Virus record (IMG/VR): IMGVR_UViG_3300042535_000023
Span: 18,192-82,191 of that record
Source: a virus
DNA length: 64,000 bases
Reading direction: 5' to 3' (one strand)
Shown here in pieces: positions 36,677 to 47,600 of this stretch. Within the stretch, counting starts at the first letter, position 1, and each line of letters begins with the position of its first letter. Position numbers and translations under genes: made by a program. A model generated the notes under the pieces. The model worked only from the letters and a program-made list of their open reading frames with translations, did not search any database and was not told where the DNA came from.

Positions 36677-39406
36677 TTATATTCCCCACCAAACTTTTAA
36701 TCTAGTGGTTTCATTTGTGTCGAAAGATTCATTAGGAAAATTAGTCTGAATATATAAAGGCTGGCTTGAATTTGGCTGTATATCTTCCACTTTTACCGCC
36801 GGCGGAGAAAGTATCTCATGAATTATAGGTGTCACAGAAGGATTATTAGTCATCAAATCAAACTTAACTTGGTGATATTTAGTTTTAGGTAAAAAATAAC
36901 CACTAGCTTTTACTTTTTGCCAAGCCAAAGTCCCACTAACTCCCCAAACTGGATCATAGGTTGCTGGTAAGACTTGTATATCACTTTTACAATGTGTATC
37001 ATGTTCTACATGATAAATATCAAAAAATCCTGTAGTAGTATAACCGGTTGTCATAGTTTTAAGTATATTCCCATTATTATTATAAATAATTATGCTATCA
37101 TTAGAAGCGCTATAAACTGCTACATACCCTTTTTCTGCGCGAATTTGTGTAGGAGCTGACACAGCAAAAGTAATTCTTCTAACCCCAGAACTATCATGAT
37201 GGCTAATTTGATTATTATTAGCCCCCCAAAATCCATCAGAACCATCATTACAAATATAATACATAGAGTGGGTGGCTTGTATGATTCCTAAAGAACTACC
37301 ATCATCAATAAATCGTTTAACAGTATAACCAACAATGTCTGAAACCCAACACCCCCCATCCCCTGTAGAACAAACTGCTCCTGGATCTGTCATAGATGTA
37401 TCACTAAACAAAGAGTTACCTGAACTATCTAAATGAACCAAACTTTTGTTAGATTTGTCTATATACCAAACACCACCTCCATTTATTTCTGGAGAAAAGT
37501 TTTTAATATAATCAAAAGTCGATTGATAAGACCAAACAACAACAAGACTACCACTACTATAATCTATTAAAACAAATTTTGTGTGACTTTTACAATACGC
37601 CCATAAACGACCATTCCCATCATAAGATAGTCCCCCATCAAATGCATAATCGTTACCTAAACTAGAAACATTATTTATTAACAATTTACCAGTGTTAATT
37701 ACCTTTACTGTCTGCAGTACATAATCCCATGGGGCGGAAATGGAAGTATTAACAAAAACATGTCCTTGTTTTCTACATACAGCTGTTCCTATAGTAGTAT
37801 AATAATTATTATATCCAGGATTTGACCAATTATACCAAATGGCATTTTCTATATTTGTATATAAGTTATATGTATATATAACTGTAGCATATATGGTGCT
37901 TGCTTTATATCCCCAATAAATTTCATCCACCGCTACAGGCTCTATATTACTACTTCTTACATTTATTGTTCCACCATACACATTTAAATCGTCGCCTATA
38001 GTAGTCCCACTAACTACTGTGGTGGTAGTTAATAAATAACTTGAAGAATATTGATCTGGAAAATTAAATATTGGTGTAAGATAAGAACCTGAGGCAGTAA
38101 CTAAACTACCAATCGAAACAAATCCTGTAGGAATAGGGTAAGAAAAAAAGGCACTATCAAATCTAAAAGTTACTTTATCATTCTGATGATATAGTGCAGC
38201 TGCTGGCCTAATTGGGGTAGTTTTACTTTTTATGAAAGCCAGATTAGTATAATTAGGAGAAGTATCAGTGGATGGATTACCACTATTTTGCCAAACTCCA
38301 TTTTTTGAAAACCAAATAGAACCATAAGTATGATCAACTGCTATACCTATTACATCATTTGTTGTGTATGCTGAACCCATACCAAAAGCACCGTTATTAT
38401 AATAACCATTCCCATCATAACCATAATAAGCTATACTAGTAGAATTGTTTCCTGGGTAAGTATCTATATTATAAGTTATGTTACCTATACCTATCATCAT
38501 GTGTGTAGGAGAGGTTAATTGATCCACTTTTACTTCAAAATAATATTTACCATGCATTATAGCGCCGGCCGTTTGGCCGGCTTTCCAAGAATCAGTAACA
38601 GTTTTAGTTAAAGAAAACCCACTTATAGTTATAGCTGAATTAACATTATTACTATCAAAAACAAAAGGCTCTGTTTTATATAATTTAATAGTATTACCTG
38701 ATACACAAGTAAAATCTCCAGGAAAAGTTCCTAAATCCCATCTGTAGTCAGTATTTATATTATCACTACCTATAGCAAAACCATCTTCTAAGCCATAAAA
38801 CTTATTCTGCTCTCCGTTATAAAGTTTAATATATTTATCAGACTCTTCTCCTGTATAATCAATAGTAATATAAGCATTGGCTACAGTATCACCGCTATTG
38901 TATAAATCTATATGAGATACATCTCCGGATAACATATTATTAAGAGTTATGTCTGATTCATTTCCTTCCACGCCAAAACTTACTATCTCATCGTTATTTA
39001 ATGCTTTTATTTCCAATAACTCACAAGTAGTATTAGTAATATAAAATCTAATATATCTTGGAGAAAAAGAGTCTGGAAGATTTTCAACATAAAAATATTC
39101 GGAATTAAAATTTCTTGTAAGATTGGTATAAGAATCAACCTCATAATTTTTATAAGATAGGTTCATATTACCTAAAATGGTTCCAGATGCTGTAGAGCTA
39201 CTTAAATATATCCTTATATCACTAATATTTATTCTATTAGATAGATCTATATCTAAATATAAAGTCTGGCCTGTTAAGGATGCGCCTGAAGAAGTAGTGT
39301 TATTATTTACAAGTTTAGCTAATTGATCGTAGGATAAACTAATGCCGACCCCAGAAACTGTGGTTGATTTTATTATCCCATCAAGTATTATATTATCCTT
39401 GGGCAT
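36677..39406 (-). CDS. Virion protein with SPRY domain and beta-propeller
   Basis: GKYYFEV...IGIAVD...WFSKNG SPRY; GGVWY, GGCWV, DGFWG propeller blades; paralogous to the neighbouring 751-aa protein. Confidence 0.7.
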   Translation of the reverse strand: MPKDNIILDGIIKSTTVSGVGISLSYDQLAKLVNNNTTSSGASLTGQTLYLDIDLSNRINISDIRIYLSSSTASGTILGNMNLSYKNYEVDSYTNLTRNFNSEYFYVENLPDSFSPRYIRFYITNTTCELLEIKALNNDEIVSFGVEGNESDITLNNMLSGDVSHIDLYNSGDTVANAYITIDYTGEESDKYIKLYNGEQNKFYGLEDGFAIGSDNINTDYRWDLGTFPGDFTCVSGNTIKLYKTEPFVFDSNNVNSAITISGFSLTKTVTDSWKAGQTAGAIMHGKYYFEVKVDQLTSPTHMMIGIGNITYNIDTYPGNNSTSIAYYGYDGNGYYNNGAFGMGSAYTTNDVIGIAVDHTYGSIWFSKNGVWQNSGNPSTDTSPNYTNLAFIKSKTTPIRPAAALYHQNDKVTFRFDSAFFSYPIPTGFVSIGSLVTASGSYLTPIFNFPDQYSSSYLLTTTTVVSGTTIGDDLNVYGGTINVRSSNIEPVAVDEIYWGYKASTIYATVIYTYNLYTNIENAIWYNWSNPGYNNYYTTIGTAVCRKQGHVFVNTSISAPWDYVLQTVKVINTGKLLINNVSSLGNDYAFDGGLSYDGNGRLWAYCKSHTKFVLIDYSSGSLVVVWSYQSTFDYIKNFSPEINGGGVWYIDKSNKSLVHLDSSGNSLFSDTSMTDPGAVCSTGDGGCWVSDIVGYTVKRFIDDGSSLGIIQATHSMYYICNDGSDGFWGANNNQISHHDSSGVRRITFAVSAPTQIRAEKGYVAVYSASNDSIIIYNNNGNILKTMTTGYTTTGFFDIYHVEHDTHCKSDIQVLPATYDPVWGVSGTLAWQKVKASGYFLPKTKYHQVKFDLMTNNPSVTPIIHEILSPPAVKVEDIQPNSSQPLYIQTNFPNESFDTNETTRLKVWWGI

Positions 39407-41661
39407 TATCTACTCCATTTTATAGACAAATTAATATTTAAATCTTTAGGTTCTTGTATGTTGACCAATTTTACATATATACTTTTACTTTCTCCGGGGG
39501 AAATATTTTCTAATTTTACTGTTGGATAAGTTAATACCCTTCTAATTTTAGTAGAAATATGATCATGCTCAGAAACAAAGGTAAATTTTAATTGGTAATA
39601 AGAACTTTTAGGCAATTCGCCACCATTTTTATTTATAGTATACCAATCTAATTTACTAGTATCTCCCCACACAGGGTCGTAACTTAATGGAAATACCTTA
39701 TAATCTATTTTACTTTGATCATCGTAGTCCAAATAAAAAACCGCCGGCTTAGAAGAAGTTACTCCAAAATTCTTAAATGTATTTATTATAACAAGGGTTA
39801 CTTTATCTATAACATAAACTACTCTTAATTTTTCACTATAAATATAAATATTTTTTGGGGATAAACATACATGATCTGCTTTGGATGGCAACATCATTTT
39901 AAACATAAGAACCCCAGAAATATCTATATGTCCTAAAATATCTCCGTTTATATACCAAACAGTGTCATCATCATCTGAATAAATGTAAGAGAGATTAAAA
40001 TCTAAGGCTGAGGAAAAAGTAACAGCCCCATTGTGTGATACTCTATGAAGATTCCAACCTATAGACTCGAATACCCAACAACCATTATCAGTTGTTGAGG
40101 CTACAGCTGTAGGAGATGAAAAATATTTTTCATATAGTTTTGTTCCATAAGAATCCCTGTGAACTAGTGACCCCTTTTTTTTATTTGTATACCAAATACC
40201 ACTACCACGTTTCTCTACTGAAAAATCATATATATAATCATCTTTATTTAAATTATAGGTCTCTGTAAAATCGGCTGCATTAATAATGTTAATATTAGTT
40301 AAAGTTCCTAAAATTTTACTATAGCCCCAAATAGAAGAACCTGCGTAAGAAAACTCCATCTTATTAAATTGAGAGTTAGTAGCAGAAACATTACTCAATA
40401 AAATACCATCTTTATTATAAACAGTCAAGTATGTAGATGAATTATAAGCTATTAAATTTCTCAGAGGACTAACAGCCACACAATTAGGAGGAGAATAATA
40501 ATTAGCAGGGTTCCAATATATATCTAAACTACCCAAAGTAGTGTTATATTTTTTAAGTCCTACACTGGTGCCCCAGTATAATTCCTCTAAAGCGATAGGT
40601 TTTGTATTAGAACTTCTTATTTCAACATTTTTTTCTAAACCACCAGAAACCTTTATCTCATCAATATCAATATAACTATTTTTTAATTTATCAATTGAAT
40701 ATAATATTGGTGATATATAAAAAGCATTAAATGGGACTTTATCTAAAATATAATCAGATACATAGGAATAAATAATTGTTTCGCCTACATATGGTAATAA
40801 AAAAATATGACCTTCACCGGCCTCACAGTTAGCAGTAATTACTGACAAAGGTTGATTAGCGCCAACAATACAAACCATGTTACCGCCACCATAATTAATA
40901 CTCATTTGTATCTGATTAGAGATGGCAGAATAAAAAACCGGAATTATCGGTTGGGTATCTATATGGGGATTAGATATAAAATATGAATTACTAGTAACAT
41001 CCCTAACATAATTTGGATCATAATAACCCCAACCTGGAACAATATCATATATCCCCGCAGCAACAAAAATGGGGGCCTGATCCGCTAAAACAAAATTAAT
41101 ATAGCAACCACCCCCAACATGACCATCGCCTGCTACAGCTATCCCAATTTGACAAGGAACACTAAAAGCTAATGATCCAATACTAGTAAAATAGCCCTTA
41201 TTCTCTAAAATAAACTCCAAATTATTAGAAAGATTCCAACTTCTTTCATAAAAAAGCCCAGCTAGATTTTGTAAATAACCACTTATAATATATACACCAT
41301 TAACTACATCTACGGTAAGATCTAAGGCAGTAAATAAACTATAACTACCAATACCGGATGCCAACACAAACAAACTTCCTGAAGTAGTTGTTATATCATC
41401 TGAACCTGTATAACCTCTATCAACAGCAATGTGCCCATCAGAATCTATATAGGTTCCAGTAAAAGCACCTAAACTTTTATTTAATAATATATTTGTGCCA
41501 ATTTCTAAAGAAAAATTGTTTGTTATTGGGGCTATACTAATATAATCATGACTACCATCTTCAGAATATTCTACATAAACATAAGCGTCGGAGGCAGTAG
41601 AACCAGAATTAGTGATTGGTACCTCATAAACAAAGTCTATATCATCCATAACTATATCCAT
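39406..41661 (-). CDS. Virion protein with beta-propeller (paralogue of the 909-aa protein)
   Basis: Shared NSG...AY, IRSSN..P, GIWY/GCWV blades, YDPVWG, and VKLENI motifs. Confidence 0.7.
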   Translation of the reverse strand: MDIVMDDIDFVYEVPITNSGSTASDAYVYVEYSEDGSHDYISIAPITNNFSLEIGTNILLNKSLGAFTGTYIDSDGHIAVDRGYTGSDDITTTSGSLFVLASGIGSYSLFTALDLTVDVVNGVYIISGYLQNLAGLFYERSWNLSNNLEFILENKGYFTSIGSLAFSVPCQIGIAVAGDGHVGGGCYINFVLADQAPIFVAAGIYDIVPGWGYYDPNYVRDVTSNSYFISNPHIDTQPIIPVFYSAISNQIQMSINYGGGNMVCIVGANQPLSVITANCEAGEGHIFLLPYVGETIIYSYVSDYILDKVPFNAFYISPILYSIDKLKNSYIDIDEIKVSGGLEKNVEIRSSNTKPIALEELYWGTSVGLKKYNTTLGSLDIYWNPANYYSPPNCVAVSPLRNLIAYNSSTYLTVYNKDGILLSNVSATNSQFNKMEFSYAGSSIWGYSKILGTLTNINIINAADFTETYNLNKDDYIYDFSVEKRGSGIWYTNKKKGSLVHRDSYGTKLYEKYFSSPTAVASTTDNGCWVFESIGWNLHRVSHNGAVTFSSALDFNLSYIYSDDDDTVWYINGDILGHIDISGVLMFKMMLPSKADHVCLSPKNIYIYSEKLRVVYVIDKVTLVIINTFKNFGVTSSKPAVFYLDYDDQSKIDYKVFPLSYDPVWGDTSKLDWYTINKNGGELPKSSYYQLKFTFVSEHDHISTKIRRVLTYPTVKLENISPGESKSIYVKLVNIQEPKDLNINLSIKWSR

Positions 41662-41691
41662 AATCTTTCTCCTATAATATAGATAAGTTAC

Positions 41692-44600
41692 TTAAACAGG
41701 GGTTACCCAAGTGATTTCAAGGTTTGCTGTCTTCTTGCTGCAGGATTTAAAACTTGAGTCCTTATTTGTTCTAATAAATATAGGCACTTTTTCTCCTGCC
41801 GGAACTTGTTCGAATATAAAAGGAAATTGGCCATCAGAAACTTTATAAAAATTTATACCATCTTTAGATAACTCAACAAAACTATTTGGAGTAATGGCAC
41901 TATCCTCTATTGGGGATTGTTTTTCTATATCAAAGAAAGTTTTACAGTAATCGTAAACTCTTAAATTCTCAAAAATAGCACTACCAAAAGCATCATTATT
42001 ATAAGCCAAAAATGTATTGGCACCGCCGAGTCTTAAATTAACCGATTTAGCATCCCCAATAGTCCATGGATCTTTGCTGGCTAATACTAAAACACCATTC
42101 AAATAAAGACGCACTGTGTCCCCATTGTCAGTATTCATGCCATCATTGCTCCAAACTAAAGCCACATGCATTGGAACTTTATAACTAATATAAAATTCTG
42201 GTAATATTTTTTCACTATCATGCAAATAAATAATTTTATAATTTGTTTTAGCGTTACCAACACCAACCTCAAACCAAGAGGCTGATCTTATACCTAAAGA
42301 AACAATATCATTATTATTATTTACCAAAGTAAATAAAGTTCTTGAATTTATATTCCCATATAAATCCAAACCTTGAGAATCACAATAAGGCTTAAACCAA
42401 AATTCTACGGTACCTTTATTTAATGTTAAATTAGATATAGGAATCTCTAAAAACTCGTTCCAAGTTAAACACAGCCCTTTACCAAAATGAACCGTATCTT
42501 CAAAATAGTTACGTTTAATCTTAAAACTATCTATACACATATAAAATGATTTTCCTACCCCAGAGTAAATCAACCCGATAGATTCAAAAGGCCTGTACAT
42601 GAAATTTAAATTATTATCTAATCTGCCAGTCGAATTATTTTTTGTAGGATTAGTAAAATCAAAATTATTAAAAGGTATCTCTATTTTGTTCCATCCTGTA
42701 ACCAAATTCAAATTAGTAAAATCTTTTATATAATAACCTAACGGGGTATTATTTTTAAAAGAGCCGAAGGCTATACCACCGAAGGTAGTATCAATGGCCG
42801 TAATGTCACTTATATATAACCAAAAAGATAACAAATCCATTTCAGAAAAATTATTATCTATATCAAAATTGTCTCCTTGTAAAAATTCTACTAAATCTAT
42901 TCCTGAAGAAGTTGGATAATCTACTCTTAAAGATCTTTTTGATTCTTTAACATTTAAACTATCATTAGACAACGTGCTTAAAACTGACCGCCACCACCAA
43001 TGATAGCTTACTGGGTCAAATTTTTGATCTGAGTATATTCTAATATTCCCAACTGTATGTGGCCCGTAATGATTCGTATTATTATCGTAAGAATAATTAG
43101 TAGCCGTGTCATAAGTCAGGGCTATCCATTTTAATTTGTCTGCCCTCTTTTTTACTACTGGTATACCGACACCCCAAGAATATGGAGTACTTTCATGAAT
43201 TACTCCTTTAATTATATAATAACCTTCATTTGAAATATGTAATAAACTATTTTGAGAAACCCAACCGGCACCTAATATAGAAGCTGATAGTTCAATAATA
43301 TCTTTATTTCCTATAAATTGTAATCCTATAAAATTGTTTTTTAATGCACCATAAGATTCCCAAGTTACTGTATAAGAACCGACCGGCAAAAAAGTAGACT
43401 CGGAAAAAATATACTCAATAGAATCAGACATCAGTTGTTTAATAGCAGATGAATAAAAAGTTAAATAATTACCGGCCGAGGTTGCAAAAGAAACTTTATT
43501 AGGATTATTATTTGCACTATCTGAACAACTAAAAAACTCCCCGTACTCATTCCAAAGTTTATAATAATATAATCTACCTTCCTTAACAAATTGAGATTTA
43601 CTAATAAGCTCATAGTTTGTGACACTAAAAAAATCCTTCATATTAATACAAATTATAGGATGGTCCTCGCTACTCATCTCACCGCCTTTAGATGTAGTGT
43701 ATACTTCAAACTCGCTAACAAAACCACCATCTAAGTGTAATGAAACATCTGCATCCGGATTATAAATATAATCATCTCCATGAGCATAATTCAATATCTT
43801 CAACCTGACACGCATAGCGTCCACTGGTGAAAAATAATGAGAAGTTATTAAATCTAAATTATCTTCTATATCTAATACTTTTTCAAAATCTTCTCCTGAG
43901 GCTGTTGAAGAAGTCCATACTGCGTAGTCTATATTATAATAAGCCTTATCATTACCTGGACCATGATAAATTACCACACGTTCTATATTTTGTATAGTAT
44001 CGAATGTTAATTCTAAAGTTGGGTCTTCATCAGAAGATAAAAATCCCCAACATGAATCGAAACTTCCAATAGATTTAATACCATCATTAACATTTGCTGG
44101 ACTTAAGTTTGTAACAGTATAGGACGAACCACTAACTGTAACATAAGATGAGCCACTTACAGTTGCAGTAAGAGCCACATTTATAGGAGTAATATAATAA
44201 TTTGTAAGTTTGCTACCCAAATCCACCCAATTACAATTATAGCCGCCTGCTCTTGTGTAAGGAGTAGTTATGTCTGGATAAACTCCTAGTTTGTCTATAC
44301 ACCTTGTGACGCCATCACCGCAGGTTAAATTTATACGTAACCATCTCGCTTCTGGGTCTTCCAAATATGTATACTTTTCAGAAGGAACTGTAAAGGACTC
44401 GGTCCAAAGAGCTGTTCCTCTAATTATGATAATTTCATCTAAATAGCCTTTAAAGTAGTTTTGTGAATTATCTCCCCACATATAGTAGTAACCCACAAGA
44501 AAATACTCATCAGCAGTACCTTGATGAAAATCTGATATAGCAAAAGCACCAGAATTTTGCAAAATACCATTTTTAAATGCGTATATTTTACCTTCTTTTC

Positions 44601-47600
44601 TACAAAGTGCCCAGTGTGTCCATGTATCGTAAGTAACAGCACCCATAGAAAAGGTATAATGTCCATAACCACCATAATACGATGCTAAATACATAATGTC
44701 CGCCGATACAATTATTGAATACCCATAATTATTAGAATAAGACATAACAGAAGATATAGCTATACCTTTATTCCCTACTGCTCGCTTTTCCCACCAATGC
44801 ATAGTAAAATCATCGGTCCTCAACATTAATTTTTCTACAGTATTATCTGTAGATTTATATTTTACTTTTAAGTAAGAGGAGCCATTTAAGTAAAGGGAGC
44901 CTTCAGGGAATTTATAAGTGCTTCCGCTTATTGTTGGGGTACCTACAGTACTAATTTTATAATAGTTTTGAGAAGTATCCACAAAATTAATAGCATCAAA
45001 CTGTAATAATAAAGTTGGTTTTGGATTATTCCATATAACCTTACTTGGTGATTCTACATCACTATTTGAATAATACGTCCTCATGTCCTTTGTTATAAAA
45101 TACTTATTTGATAAAGACCCATAATTACGCACTATACTTAGGTTATGTGCTTTCTTTAAATCCACCGCTATCGAATTTTCATAAAAAGTATCATGCTTTC
45201 CTATAGTTGCGCTACCCAATTTTAAATAATTTATATTATTGTTACTTACATAAATATCAAAAGAAGTATTAAAAGTATTAATATGTCTTATTTTTATTGT
45301 ATCAATTAAATCACCACATTTTAAATTAAAAGCCACACTTCTCTGCCCTGATATAGAGTCATTACTTAACATAGGCGCCCCACATATTTTACACGCAAGA
45401 GTCCCTATATTAGTTATTTTTATTTTTGCTATTTTGGAATCAGTCATATAACCGTTGTATATCTCGGTTCCATCTAATAAACAAACAAGATTTTTATTTT
45501 TACGTTTTATTATTAATCTACTATTTGTCACGCGTGAAAAAGTAGTAACTTCAAAAGATGGAAAAGTATCCCTATTATTGCTTACAATAGTCATCATCTT
45601 ATAGCTTGTGGAAGCATCACTAAAAAGTCTTACTTTACATACTAACTGATTATAAGCATCGTAAAAGTAATAGTTCATGTCTATAGTGGCTGTAGAGATA
45701 CCTACAGCGTAAAAATGAACATCAAAAGTAAAATCGGATATTAATTCAACATCAGCTGTTATCTCGCTTAAACCTGTAGAATTAAACTTCGCATAACTAT
45801 TATTTATATCTATAGATTGAGCCGGAGTATTATTTACCCACTGAACATCTACAGGTATTCTTGTAATATCATTCATTAGGATTCTTGTTGAAAGATTGAT
45901 GCCCCTACTCGGCCTTGACTGTGCTTGATTAACCGTATCTTCTCCACCAGTATTAGAGTAATAAACTCTATCCGCTTCTACATAATCATCTTGATAGTAT
46001 GGAAACACCGAAATTACATGTGACTCTCCCTGTAAAGGAATTATTTTCCAGTAGGTGCTTGAAACTATAGGTATAGTTATAGAACTTTCTTTGATTGAAT
46101 TTTCATTATAAAATCCTATGGAATCTCCATGGCTAAATGTGCCAAGATGATCCCAATTTACACCATCTGTTTTTGAATAAATGTTAACTCCATCAATTAA
46201 ATTTTTTAATCCATAAGTATTACAATTAATACCTACCTGTCCCATAGCTGTTCTTATTGAATAATCATCATTTTTATTTATTGTTCCGCCAGCACCAACC
46301 TGAGGGTATTTTATTGATTCATCAGAATCTAGTTTAGACCAATAAAGCAAAGCATTATAATTGGACATGTCTCTAGGTATGCCTACATGTAAATCTTGTG
46401 GTCTATCAAAAACATTTTCTATTTCAACCTTATTTATTTCGCCCACAGAATTTAATTTAGAGCCTTCTAATAAAATATTATCAACACAGTCCTTCATCTT
46501 TGACTCTGCGGATACGTCACAAAATATACTTTGCAATTCGAAAGAGGATTGTGACTCCAACTCCAATTTAAAATACTTAGTGGCATCTCCTATTACCGCT
46601 CTTATTTCATTATCCTGTGAATCATAAAATGAAGCAGAAGACCAATCTTCACCGTAGTCGGATTTAATCAGTGAGGCATTATCCACCAATGTTGGATCTG
46701 TTTTAAATTTACTATATAATTCTATCTCCATCATTTTCGTGCTGGCATGGTGTGTTGTATGTATACAAAATCCGGCACACTCTATATCATCAAACTTATG
46801 CTCTATTATATTCCAATTCATATGCGCTGCCGTTTCTACCTGTGATTGATTGGTACAATTTCCATCGGCATCAAAAATGGGTAAAATAGTAGGCATAGGG
46901 TTATTAAATAAAACAGCCTGAAAATTTGTAGTAAGTTGATCTGGATATTGAGTATCCCTATAGTAAGCTATACCATCCAAAACTACCTCGGTGTAACTTG
47001 GAACAAAATTGTAACCAGGTACAATAGAATTTCCTAGACCTTTTCCGTCCCCCAAATAAGTATTTAAAGAAAAAGATTTAAAATTTGTTGATTCTTTAAA
47101 ATACATAATACTTTTATGCACGTTAGTAGTAAAACCTCTAGGAAACGTAATATAAAAAGTTATAGGATCAAATTCATAATCCCTTACCGAAGCACTTGTT
47201 CTAGGCCATCCGAATTCATGTCTTTCTGCTGGAATACGATTATAATCGTTGGCACCATTATGTTGCCATTCAGCATCGCCATTAACAAAAAAATAAGCTA
47301 CGTCACCAACAGTATATAAACCATCAGCATTAAGTCCATAAGAATCCCCTATTCTACCATTATCTGGTGTTCTAATACCATCACTTAAACAACTTACGCC
47401 GTAAGCAATACTAGTATGATAAAAATACTCTGGTACAATCATATAATAATTACTACAAACATGCGTGTGCTTTTCATTATATAAATTAACGGTCCAATTT
47501 ACATCTAAACAACTAGCTATATTATACTCGAAATAATCTGTGGTCTCCCCACCTACTAAACCAAAAGTCTCTATATTTACTTTTTCTCCTAAATCAATAT

